Assembly: GCA_008690995.1 (NCBI GenBank)
Contig: VRMN01000005.1
Location: 806,001 to 870,000 of the forward strand
DNA length: 64,000 nucleotides
Reading direction: 5' to 3'
Source: Porphyridium purpureum
Taxonomy: Eukaryota
Shown here: one piece after another, positions 11,814-22,100 of the stretch
Position numbering within the stretch: the stretch's first letter is position 1
How the letters are laid out: every line of letters begins with the position of its first letter
Made by a program: the position numbers and the translations under genes
The notes under the pieces: model-generated
Database searches by the model: none
What the model was told of the DNA's origin: nothing
Seen by the model: only the letters and a program-made list of their open reading frames with translations

Positions 11814-11893
11814 ACTGTACCTTTAATAACTGTACTTCGTCAACTGTACATACCACGGAACACGCGGAGATTAAGGTACAGTTAGAGTACAGT
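11814..11893. promoter_or_regulatory. Cluster of five ACTGTAC/GTACAGT motifs (candidate cis-element)
   Basis: Copies at 11814, 11829, 11843 (ACTGTAC) and 11876, 11887 (GTACAGT), upstream of ATG 11664. Confidence 0.5.
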
Positions 11894-12130
11894 GCGCGTT
11901 GCAGCAACATCGTGACGCGCGGTGCTCGCACGCGCGCGCTTGGGGAAGCCACGGTGGTGGATTCTATGGACAAAGCCACACCGATAACAGCGAATGTTAT
12001 GGGACGTAGAGCAACTCAGTCATGCGTGGGCCGGCAAGCTCACGTGCGTAGAGAGTAGACACAAGAAGGTTTGGTCCTGATGATGAAGATGAGATCAACT
12101 GGTTGGCATGGTCTGTCGCGCCTCTGCGCG

Positions 12131-12943
12131 TTAAAACCAAGTGGCCTGAAACGAGTCGGCAATGAGCTTGAGAGCGGGCGCCTGGCTCTTGATGCGGTTC
12201 GACACGCAGCTGCACGACAGAGCCACAACGCACGTTTTGAGGACGGTCGCGCTGGTTACGTTGTATCGCTCCACGTCGTAGCCGGAGCGCGTGGTCGAGT
12301 TGAACTTGAATTCGTACTGCTTGCACGACGCGTTCGCTGCGCTGGCCGCCTGACGGATGAGCGTGTATTCGCTATAGTCGCGCGTCGCGTCGCCAGGAAG
12401 CACAAGCGCCGTCAGCTCTTCGACGCTTACTGCGCTGATGTCCCGGTACTTTGGCTGCGGCGGTCCCACATACAGCGCGCACTGGTCGGCGGTGCGGTAG
12501 TTGCTCATGGACACTGGCGATACAGCCTTGCCAGGCGCGGCGCTCAAAGACGAGCCTACACGTGACACGACCCAGCTCTTGGGGTACTGGAACTTTACGA
12601 AAAGTCCGTCATCCCACTGATGCACAAATGTTGTGTACCCGGCCACATCCTGCACCGGTATGCCGTAACCGGATAGCGCCGCATTCACCACCGTTCGTCC
12701 GTCCACCGCGTGCGCTGCCTCAACCGTACGAATCGCGGACGCCGCCCCAAGCGCAGCAGCCGTAGATGCTCCTAGCACCCCGAGGATCAGCTCGCGCCGC
12801 GACGTGCGATCCGCGGCGCCCATCATGACCCGTCCCCGGCATGTGCGATTTGGCGCATGCGTGCTGAGTGAGGCAGGGCGGGCGGGCACCTTCTGCCGAG
12901 GACACGCAGTCGGTACAAAGGCTAAAACGTCCGGCTGCCCCAT
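12131..12943 (-). CDS. PsbP-domain-like thylakoid lumen protein
   Basis: Transit peptide with LAFV, twin-Arg SRRELIL plus hydrophobic stretch and AHA cleavage site. FQYPKSWV and YEFKF...C-terminal ADSF pattern resemble the PsbP/Mog1 fold. Confidence 0.7.
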   Translation of the reverse strand: MGQPDVLAFVPTACPRQKVPARPASLSTHAPNRTCRGRVMMGAADRTSRRELILGVLGASTAAALGAASAIRTVEAAHAVDGRTVVNAALSGYGIPVQDVAGYTTFVHQWDDGLFVKFQYPKSWVVSRVGSSLSAAPGKAVSPVSMSNYRTADQCALYVGPPQPKYRDISAVSVEELTALVLPGDATRDYSEYTLIRQAASAANASCKQYEFKFNSTTRSGYDVERYNVTSATVLKTCVVALSCSCVSNRIKSQAPALKLIADSFQATWF

Positions 12944-13027
12944 CCTCAGCCAAAACTGAATAGGAACGATCGCCGTCACATTGCGTGGCCGTGCCGGAGA
13001 GACAGATGAACAGAAGAGGGGCGCGCC

Positions 13028-14503
13028 ATGCCGCAGGTTGAAGGACACGTAGTGTCCGTGTGGAAACTGAAGGGTGCGTACCTGCTGCTCTATGCCGCCA
13101 TTGGTGCGTACGGGCCGTTTATGCCCGTGTTGTACAAACAGGAAGGGCTGCTAGAGTCGCAGATTGGCTTGCTGCTTGCAGCGACCAGCGCGGTCACCAC
13201 ACTGTCGACCCCATTGTGGTGCGTTTGGGCCGACGCTACGCAAGCGCACAAGGCGATTGTCCTGCTTTCGTGCGCTTTGGGCTCAGCATTTCGTCTGTTT
13301 CTCATTCCGGCCGCGTCGCGCTTTGCTACCGCGATGCTTGTGACCGTGTGCATGACGGCGGTCTACTCTGCCACGCTGCCACTGTTTGACACGTTTGTGG
13401 TTCACTCTGTGTTCGAGGAGTACGGACCTATGCGCAAATATGGCGCCGTGGGCTTTGGCCTGATGGTTGCAGTGTCCGGCCTGATCGTCACTCGGTTTGG
13501 GTACATGGCTGCCATCTACGTTTCAGTGTCGTTCAACGCCATGGCCTTTGCGATTCTGGCCTCACTGGACCTTGATGCCCCGTTCCGACGCGCACATGTG
13601 CAGCATGCGAATGAGCACGACGGGCATGATGGGTCGGAGTCCGATATGCCACATCGTCCTGACGCGGACGTGCGGGCGGGTGATGACAACTTGGTCGACG
13701 AGTCCGAATCAGAAGATATTGAGTTTGCTGATCGTGAGCCACTGGTGCTGAATGAACAACCGCGGCTGAAGCGAAAAGTTTCAGACTTTCCGCCAAGGCC
13801 GGAGCATTTTGAGGAAGAACCGGTGTCTCGCTGGATCAAGATGCTTCGGCTCGGACAGGATCCTCATGTCGCAGTTTTTGTCTTTGTTCTGCTCTTTAGC
13901 GGTATTGCAAATGGCATGATTGAAGGCTTCCTTTTTGTCAGGCTAAGTGAGCTTGGCGCCTCCGGCTGGTTGCTCGGACTCAGCCGATTGCTCATGTGTG
14001 CTGGGGAGGTGCCGTTCTTCGAGTACAATGATTCGATTGTGCGCGCCCTCGGTATTTTTGGAACCCTTGCATTCGTCCAAGCTGCATATATTGTGCGCTT
14101 CACGACCTACTCGCTACTGACCAACCCAATGTACGTCCTTTTGGTCGAAGTCTTGCACGGCGTCACGTTTGGTTCCTTGTGGGCGCTTTCAACGCAGTTC
14201 GGGCGCCTGATCGCCCCACCAAAGCTCGAAGCAACCACACAGTCCCTCATCTCGGTCGTACACTGGGGTATTGGATTCACTGCTGGATCTATACTGGGTG
14301 GCCACTTGTACGTGCTTTGGGGTGCTGTCAACATGTTTCGCTGTGGAGCAATGATTGTTGCGTGCACATTGACCATCGCGTTGCTCGCGAAAGCATGTCT
14401 GGGCGAACGAGAGTATTGCACAAGTCGGGAACGGCGGGTGGTTGATGTCGAGGACGACGAGCACGTACCTTCTCACACAGGTCGGGCAGACGATTCTACA
14501 TGA
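13028..14503 (+). CDS. Major facilitator superfamily transporter (MFSD6/MFS_1-like)
   Basis: About 12 hydrophobic segments in two halves with an acidic central loop; YGPMRKYGAVGF, EVPFF, VEVLHGVTFG, GSILGG. Confidence 0.88.
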   Translation: MPQVEGHVVSVWKLKGAYLLLYAAIGAYGPFMPVLYKQEGLLESQIGLLLAATSAVTTLSTPLWCVWADATQAHKAIVLLSCALGSAFRLFLIPAASRFATAMLVTVCMTAVYSATLPLFDTFVVHSVFEEYGPMRKYGAVGFGLMVAVSGLIVTRFGYMAAIYVSVSFNAMAFAILASLDLDAPFRRAHVQHANEHDGHDGSESDMPHRPDADVRAGDDNLVDESESEDIEFADREPLVLNEQPRLKRKVSDFPPRPEHFEEEPVSRWIKMLRLGQDPHVAVFVFVLLFSGIANGMIEGFLFVRLSELGASGWLLGLSRLLMCAGEVPFFEYNDSIVRALGIFGTLAFVQAAYIVRFTTYSLLTNPMYVLLVEVLHGVTFGSLWALSTQFGRLIAPPKLEATTQSLISVVHWGIGFTAGSILGGHLYVLWGAVNMFRCGAMIVACTLTIALLAKACLGEREYCTSRERRVVDVEDDEHVPSHTGRADDST

Positions 14504-14948
14504 GGCGATCATGGTGAGCTGAATCGCAATTCTTTGCATACTTTGTACCACTTGCATGCCCAACTGTACAAAAGCGAATACCTAACCCCTTGTAAAATTT
14601 GTACCTTGAGAGTTACTTTGTCTTCGTTTCTAGGCTGTTTATTTTCATGCAGCAGGCACGTCTCTCGTGCCCGATGCTTCGCACGCGAGCTGTTCTAGCA
14701 GATGTCTGACAAGCAAGCGTCGAGCCCAAAAGTTCACGAGAGAAGCTAGCGACCCCGCCAAGAAAGAAAGAAAATGAGAAGATCGAAATGGCTGCGCTTC
14801 ATTTCAGCAGTTTTCAAGTCAGTGAAATGCTATAAAAAAAATTCCTCCTCATGGATCAGCCTACAGCTCTGGCTATTTCAGAAAGGTTAGTTTGATACGT
14901 TTGCGTCTCACTGCTAGCAGGGAAACACTATCAATGCCACATTCCAAA

Positions 14949-16190
14949 TCACTCTGCCCGCCGGCCAAGATTCTGAGGGATGTCACTCCCCATTTCGACA
15001 TCGGCTGCCTCGGAAGCGTCTTCGTTTCGCTGCTTGAGCGGAAGCAGCATGCTTGCTGTTACGCCACAAGCAAGCACAAGAAGAATGAATAACAGACTCA
15101 GCAAAGTGCTAATGTGGAATCCAAAAAAGTCCAGCACGATCTTGATCCCCACAAACGAAAGCATAATTGAAAGACTGTGCTTCAGAAAGCGCATGTTCTG
15201 GATGGCATCTGCAATCACAAAGTAGAGGCTCCGCAGACCCAGAATTGCGGCCATGTTGCTGGTGTAGACGACGAGCGTCTTGTCTGACAAACCAAGGACT
15301 GCGGGAACCGAGTCCATGGCAAAAATGACGTCAGAAAGCTCAATGCAGAGAAGCACGAGAAGCAACGGGGTGCCAACTAGCCTGCCGTTTTCGTAGACAA
15401 AAAACTTGCGTCCATGGTATCGATCTGCGACAGGAACGACGCGCCGCACAAACGTGACTACCGAATTGTTGGCCATGCTATCCGGATCATCGTCATCAGA
15501 ATCGGCACCGAACAGAAGCATGAACGCCGAGTAAAGCAAAATGACTGAGAAAATGAGCGAAATCCACGTGAAGCGATGCACGAGGGCCTCTCCAAGCACA
15601 ATCATCAACCCTCGAAACACGCACGCTCCCACAATGCCCCAATACAGCACAACTTCTTGAGAGTCTCTAGGAACCTTGAAAAATCGGAAAATGAGCAGAA
15701 AGACAAACAAATTATCCACGGAGAGTGACTGCTCAATGATGTAGCATGTCCAGTATTGAAGCGCCGAGTCGTGGTCCTCAATAAGCCACACCCCCAAGCC
15801 AAGAAGGAGGCCGAATCCGACCCAGAACGCGGTCCTGGTCAGGTCGCTCGCTTCCTGCTCCAGCACCGTTCGTCCTTCGGCCTTTTGCTGCAGGGTGATG
15901 CTATTTCTAATGAACTTGAAGCCCGCGAACGACGAGAATCCGCCCAGCACACCCGGATTTGCGACGCTCGGAACAGAGCCTCCACTCGCACTCATGGCCC
16001 CCGCCGATACGCCCGCCAAGCTTCCGTTCACCCCCAACGTCGGACCGTCATGCGCCGACAAGCTGGCCGCGGCTGCGGACAGAGCGCCGGCGTCGCTGCC
16101 TGCGCCCTTTGCGAGCGCCTGCTGGTGATCCGCCGGCGCAGCACCTCCTCGGTGCAGGTGCACCGCATGCGTTCCCACCCCGGGCTCCAT
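14949..16190 (-). CDS. TerC/Alx family integral membrane protein
   Basis: IEQSLSVDNLFVF, VLYWGIVGA..FRG, TPLLLVLLCIELSDVIFAMDSVPA, VYTSNMAAILGLRSLYF. Confidence 0.92.
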   Translation of the reverse strand: MEPGVGTHAVHLHRGGAAPADHQQALAKGAGSDAGALSAAAASLSAHDGPTLGVNGSLAGVSAGAMSASGGSVPSVANPGVLGGFSSFAGFKFIRNSITLQQKAEGRTVLEQEASDLTRTAFWVGFGLLLGLGVWLIEDHDSALQYWTCYIIEQSLSVDNLFVFLLIFRFFKVPRDSQEVVLYWGIVGACVFRGLMIVLGEALVHRFTWISLIFSVILLYSAFMLLFGADSDDDDPDSMANNSVVTFVRRVVPVADRYHGRKFFVYENGRLVGTPLLLVLLCIELSDVIFAMDSVPAVLGLSDKTLVVYTSNMAAILGLRSLYFVIADAIQNMRFLKHSLSIMLSFVGIKIVLDFFGFHISTLLSLLFILLVLACGVTASMLLPLKQRNEDASEAADVEMGSDIPQNLGRRAE

Positions 16191-16423
16191 CGCGTCCGTT
16201 CTGCCACTCGGCACAACACTCACACACGCAGTTGGCCTCTTCAGTCTTCCATCGATCTTCTCCAAGCGCCTTCAAGCAATAACAATCTTCTTCCTTTTCA
16301 TAGTTAAACGTACCCATTGTATGATTTTTGAAAGAGGAATTCGAAACGCGGTTGCCGCAGAGACGCGTTGGTGAGCGCGTTGCGGCATGCGATCGGCGAG
16401 TGGCGCGTGGGCAATTCGCCGCG

Positions 16424-16774
16424 ATGGGGAACTACTGCTGTCTGCCGGAGAGCGAGCGCGACACGGCGTTCCAAGGCACAGGTAGACGGCTGGGCGGCGC
16501 GGATGATGCGGGTGCCGCCGGCGCGCTGCACGGTGCGTCGCCGCCGCCAGACGTGAAGGATACGGAGTTGAGCGCCGCCGCGGCGTCGGCCGTCGCGTTG
16601 CCGGCGGCGGTGGACGCTGCCGCCAGGGAAAAAGTGCTGCAGGCAGCGACGGAGCGAATGGCAAAGACAGGCCCCGCAAAGATCAAGCGGAAGTATGAGT
16701 ACAAACAAAGCGACGCGCAAGTGGCCGGCCGAATGCCGGACAGCCGCGTGGATGTACAGGATTGGGTCAACTGA
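16424..16774 (+). CDS. SVIP-like small membrane-anchored p97/Cdc48 adaptor (116 aa)
   Basis: MGNYCC acylation signal, FQGTGRRLG (SHP box), REKVLQAATER (VIM, Rx5AAx2R), C-terminal Trp. Confidence 0.72.
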   Translation: MGNYCCLPESERDTAFQGTGRRLGGADDAGAAGALHGASPPPDVKDTELSAAAASAVALPAAVDAAAREKVLQAATERMAKTGPAKIKRKYEYKQSDAQVAGRMPDSRVDVQDWVN

Positions 16775-16876
16775 AATGCATCGCTTGAAGACGAGAATAT
16801 CCCTCCTTTTCTTGGGCCCCTCTCCGCATTTTTTTGTGGACGGGTGCCATGACTTTCTCCGAGAGAGACGCTGGCC

Positions 16877-17587
16877 TCAGTAGCCGACCTCGACGGCTGC
16901 ACACACCATAATCATATCATCGCAACCGTCCCTGTCACCAACGGCCTCCAGAGCAATGCCGCTGCGTGTCACGAGACCGCCCGGAACCACCTCCAGTGTC
17001 TTCACACCATATGGCAGCGTGCTCAACACAAGGTCCGCATCAATATCTGCCAAATACTTTTCCGGCACGCCCAGCCGAACGTGAACTCGCATGGCCTCGG
17101 GGCCGCCCGGGATCACAGATCGAGCTGACGGGATGCTGTTGAAACCGATCGCATCCTGAGCTTTGAACATCGCGGTGTGATGGTGGCCATGTCCATGGAG
17201 GAAAGTGATAAAGACAGAGAATGTGTACATTAACGAGACCGCGTCAGACATCTTGTCAGTCCCTGCTTAACCAAACGCTACTTCGTAATGCACTCAGCCT
17301 TTCCATGCACGTACCTTGACTGCGCGCACAGCTGCTTTTGTTGCGTCCTGTCCATGGGTATCCATGCCCGTGCCGCACTCGACAAACAGAAGAGTTTGGA
17401 TGTCGTGGCTCGCCATCGCAAGCGTTCGGAAAGCCCGCGCTTGTGGAGCTCGTGACGGCGCGTCAATGAGTTGCACCCGCGCGGCGCCTGCCGAAATGAG
17501 GCCGCCACGACCACACGCTGCAACCGGTTGCGCGCGACGAGAGAATGGCGTGTGAGCGTGAAAGAACGGCACAAACAGCGGATCCAT
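16877..17587 (-). CDS. Lin0512-family protein, two exons (17587-17315, 17155-16877), probable plastid transit peptide
   Basis: LFVECGTGMDTHGQDATKAAVRAVK|DAIGFNSIP...VHVRLGVP...LPYG...VVPGGL...AAVEVGY. Phase-0 intron 17314-17156 (GTACGT...CTCAG). Alternative start 17416. Confidence 0.82.
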
Positions 17588-17733
17588 ATGTATCGCGGCG
17601 CAGAATTGGCCAAGAACCGTTGCACAATCGCGACGAGAATGGCGCACACCCTATCTGAAAGTCCTGAGGTAAGACGCCCGCGGAAAAACGATAAAACCTA
17701 GTCTTTATCCGTTTGCGCTTACCAGTGGTACAT

Positions 17734-19131
17734 CTAAAATTGTAGAAGCTTTTTGACCACGGCGCTCATTCTATTAAGCTCCTCAATCTGAGGCTTCATT
17801 TGGAGAAGCTCTTGCTCCATTTGTGCAAGACGACGCTTCTCCTTCAGTCGGCACCTCATCGCTGCTTCCCGGTTCCTCATGGCGCGCATGCGCTTGGCGT
17901 CCAGGACCTCGTTCTCTTCCGATACTGCCCCCAGGCCTTCGTTTGAACTGTCTTTCTTATTTAAGGGGGATGTTGAAGGCTGGCTCAACTCGCGCGAGCG
18001 CTTCTCCCCGCGCATGTCAAGTACGTCACCAAATGTATCTCTGTCTGGCATGCTATCGCGCCTCAAGAGAGTTTGTTCCGTCAGCCATGCCGTGTTGCTA
18101 CTCGCGGGCCAGCTGTTTTTGTCCGAGAGCGCACTGTTCCTTTTGCTCAGCGGACCTTGCACATTCATGTCGTACCTTGGGTTGAAAGAAAGATGCAGGT
18201 CCTGATAAGGTTGTTGAAGTAGTTTTTGATGTTGTTGCTGGTGTTGTTGCTGCTTCTGCTGATGGTGCCGCTGTTGTTGATGTTGTTCTTGCTGCTGTTG
18301 TTGATGTTGATGGTGCCCGTGCCTGTAGTTAATGCTGAGAGGATCTGGAGCAAGCTGGTTCTGTCCCTGATTGTGTTGCTGCTGCGCGTGGTTCGGATGA
18401 GCGCCCTCTGCATCATTCCGGTTGTTGTTCTCAGCCGTCGAATATACAGCAGAATACGGCGTACCCGGTTGGAATGACGCGTACAGGTAACTCGCGGCCT
18501 GGAGACTCTCCAGTCCTGTTCGAGATGCCGAGTTGGGCAGGCTTACCGACACTGGGCTCACGCCAGTCGCTCCTGCGCCGTTCATCATGTTCTTTGTCGG
18601 GGATGTTGAGAATGGGATGCCCAGTCCATTCAGCAGACTTTGTCCAACGCCCGCCACTCGCGGCGAGACGCCAGAGGCGGCCATGAGCCTCTCCAGGGCC
18701 GATCGATGCTGCTGGCCCGGCACGCCGCCCTGGTGCGGGCCCGACGTGGGTGTGAAGCCCATGGAAAGCGAAAAGGCCGCGTGCGCGTCGTGGGCGTCCA
18801 TCCAGTCGCGCGGCAGGGCGGCGCGCCCGGTGCCCGCCATGTACAGCGCGCTCATGGCCGCGGCCGAGCCGGACGCGTTCGCACTTGTCGGGTCCAGGGC
18901 GTTGCCCGGCAGCGGCCCGAACGGCGTTGCCGGCGGCAGGGGCAGGTCGCCGTTCAAGTTGCCCGTGGCCATATGCGCGGCGCCTGCCTGGAACGTGGAG
19001 CTGAGCGGCAGCGCCATGAGGTTCGCGGGCGTGCGCATCCACGACGGCGACGGAATGAGCCCCTCGCCACTCTCCGCGCGCGCGCCCAGCGCATACAGCG
19101 GCAGCTGCGGCAAGTTTGGGCGCTGCGACAT
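17734..19131 (-). CDS. bZIP transcription factor with poly-Q/H tract
   Basis: C-terminal KRMRAMRNREAAMRCRLKEK basic region plus short zipper; CAG/CAA-rich Q tract at ~18225-18320. Confidence 0.85.
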   Translation of the reverse strand: MSQRPNLPQLPLYALGARAESGEGLIPSPSWMRTPANLMALPLSSTFQAGAAHMATGNLNGDLPLPPATPFGPLPGNALDPTSANASGSAAAMSALYMAGTGRAALPRDWMDAHDAHAAFSLSMGFTPTSGPHQGGVPGQQHRSALERLMAASGVSPRVAGVGQSLLNGLGIPFSTSPTKNMMNGAGATGVSPVSVSLPNSASRTGLESLQAASYLYASFQPGTPYSAVYSTAENNNRNDAEGAHPNHAQQQHNQGQNQLAPDPLSINYRHGHHQHQQQQQEQHQQQRHHQQKQQQHQQQHQKLLQQPYQDLHLSFNPRYDMNVQGPLSKRNSALSDKNSWPASSNTAWLTEQTLLRRDSMPDRDTFGDVLDMRGEKRSRELSQPSTSPLNKKDSSNEGLGAVSEENEVLDAKRMRAMRNREAAMRCRLKEKRRLAQMEQELLQMKPQIEELNRMSAVVKKLLQF

Positions 19132-22100
19132 GTCGTTGCCGCGCGTCGCCCCCTCCCAACCCGCTCCCCAACCACGGGATCCAAACGTCCTCCCGCAGTC
19201 CCAACTCCCCGCCACCACCGTTCTTCACCACCTCAACCCCACCTCTACCAACCACCCAACACACATAACCCTCCAACTCTCTCTCTCTCTCTCCCTCCCT
19301 CCCTCTCTCCCCGTGCAACACATAACCCACACCGCCACGTGATCACCACGAAGCACACCTTTCAAAACCCCCTCCGAAACACACCTCAACATCCCCGCCC
19401 CGCCCTCTCTCCCTTTTCTCGTCCCCTTCAACACTTTGTCATCACGTGCCCAGTGCCTCATCCACTCCTCGCTAAAACACACCCACTTTGATAGCAAGAT
19501 ACAAACACGTCCGCCCCTCCCGTGTTTGTTTGTGTTTTCGTTGTCCTTCTTTCCTGCAGCCTTGGACAAAATGCACGCGTGACGCGGATGAGCGCGCAAC
19601 TCTAGTAAAACAGCTCTGTTTGGCTATATCGCCAGGACACTCTTCCTCTTTCTCTCGGCTCCGCCTCCTTGTTCCTCCCACCAACCCGCCGACGCGTCAG
19701 CGCAAGAGGTACAGCTCGCGCCTTCATTTTTACGCATGGTTTTGTGATTTTTTTTCCGCCCTTGCGTTCTTGGTACCGCGCGGCTTGGAACGCAGCCCGT
19801 CCCAGAAAGAAGTAAAATAAAAAATAACACGTCAGGCCACGTTCGAGGCTGAGAGAAGGAAGTGGACACGCACGAATGAGCGTGTGTGGGTGATCAGGCG
19901 TGTGGTGTCGCGTTCGAGCGTGGCCGCTGGAGCTGGATCCGGTGCGCGCGTCTCGTCAGAGTTGCGTAGCTCGGCTTGGTGGACATGAGAGTGCCGCGGT
20001 GAATTGCCGTGCAGGCGGGGGTATCGCCGCACGCGCGCGCGAGGTAAGGTGCGCTGAGGCAAAAACGTTTGCGTGCGAATATAACTGGAGCTGCATCGGC
20101 GGTACAGTGCGGCGTGGGCGTGGCTGCGTGTGATATGTCTTGAGGTGCGCTTTCGAGAGCTCAATTGGCAGTTGTGCGCGTAAGAAGTGGGCTTCACGAA
20201 CCACGCACGGACGTGTTCGGCACGTAGCGTGTGCGTCGTGCAGAAGCGTGGCACTGGACGGCAGCCGGCACATCTCCGGCACTGAAAGTGGTGCACGATA
20301 CTACGCTTAAAAGCGGCCTGGTAGGGGAGAAGCATCGAGTTGCAAGCCGCCGGACTATATTCCTGCGCAAATGGCCCGTCTGGCCTTGCGGCTAGGTGAT
20401 GATGGAAATGGAGCGTGCACAGTCTAGTTTAGGCGCCAAAGCCAGGCGTGTGGCGCGTTGACACGAAAACATGAGGTGCTCATCGTGGACCCGAAAAGGG
20501 GTTCTCGAAACGACAGACGAAGCCTTCACTCCCCCAGAAACACGGTAACCCGAGCTCTGATGGAATTTTCGTTTGTCCATCGTGCACTTCGCCGCAGTAC
20601 CATGTAGCACCGCACACAATCGGACGCCTACAAAGACTGTGATTCTGAACGGAGGATGCGCTCTTTTCGCCGAACGCCAAAGTGTATCCTCACATTGCGC
20701 TGGCTGCTCGTCGGTGAACGGCGCAAGAAAGAAACCTCACCTCGCGCAGGCGCAGCGGCCTGCTGGAGAGTAGACAAGACAGCTCGCCCGACGCTGCTTA
20801 ACGCTTCATCGTTCAGAACGCTTGCTTGTGCCGAGCAAGTTCTTTTGGTCATTGTGGGGATCCTTTCCACGAGGAACAGACGTCACGAAAGGGTCGTATG
20901 CAAAAATGCTAAATGCATGCACAGCAGAGTGTTAAAAGTCGACAGTTTCCGCCACTGCACCGCTGTTGTAGCCGAGCAACGCAGGGGTCGAACTTTGAGA
21001 TGCAGTGTCAAAGACTTGTAGAATCTAATTTGGCCGACAGGTGCACGTCTAGAACATGGTGTTGCTGTTCATGAAACTTGGCGATCTATCGTGATTGTTT
21101 CGGACACGTGCACGTCTTTCTCGCTCGCGCCGAAGAGGGCGAGATGACAAAGTATGAAATGCATGCGCCATGCGGTAGATTCGTGCATCGAGGGACGGGT
21201 TCCGGCATTTCTTTTTTCAGAACAGAATATCACACCGTTCTCTTCACAACGTCTTGCTACCTTTTCTTGTCAGCGGTCTGGCCTCTGTTGAATCTGTACG
21301 AACATCGGTTGAGAAATGCGGCTTGAATGATGATTCTTTCAGACCTTGCCAGAGCCACACTCTTCTGTTGTGTCTGTGTACATGACGCCCGTCAATCACC
21401 TGAATCTTGATTTTCTTCAATTCCACACTTTGGCCATGCCGTTCCATGCCTCAGAACGTACCGTGGTGTGCTCGCCTGGTTTGGTCCTGCACTGACAAGG
21501 CGAGCGTCCAGCTCTACAAGGCATTGGTCAAATGGCTAGTGCGAAAGGACGCATGCAGATGAAACCAAATGTTTGCCTACGCATGCTTGTCGGCTTTAAT
21601 TTCCACGGGTGGTAACGCACATTTCCCGCATATGACGATCGTTCTGGACTCATGAGACGGCCAGTCGCATTGCTGTGGCTAGCAAATGGCTCGCATTGGC
21701 GTATAGCTGAATTAAATGCACCTGAGTAGCGAGCGAATACGTGTGGAGGATCTTGTTGGAGAACTGCGTTGGTCCTTCAAAAAGGCATTGTCTGGACTAA
21801 AATGTTTTGGCCGTTTGCTCGAGCGATCTTCTTCACGTCAGAGCGTATATCCAATACGTTTGGCTACTCTTCACCGTCATTCATGCTTCAACTTGCAACC
21901 ATGATGCGGGACAATGACGCGGAGAATGCACGTTTTGTTTCCACCCCTGCATACGATACTGTAGCGGACGCGAAGCTCGGTAAGTGACAGAACATGAGTC
22001 ATAAAAAGTTGGCTTCGAGCCATACAGGCGAACCGGCTCAGTACGGTGGGGCCTCGCAGGAGAATATCATCGAGTCGCGGAGTGTGCTTCCGGAATGACG

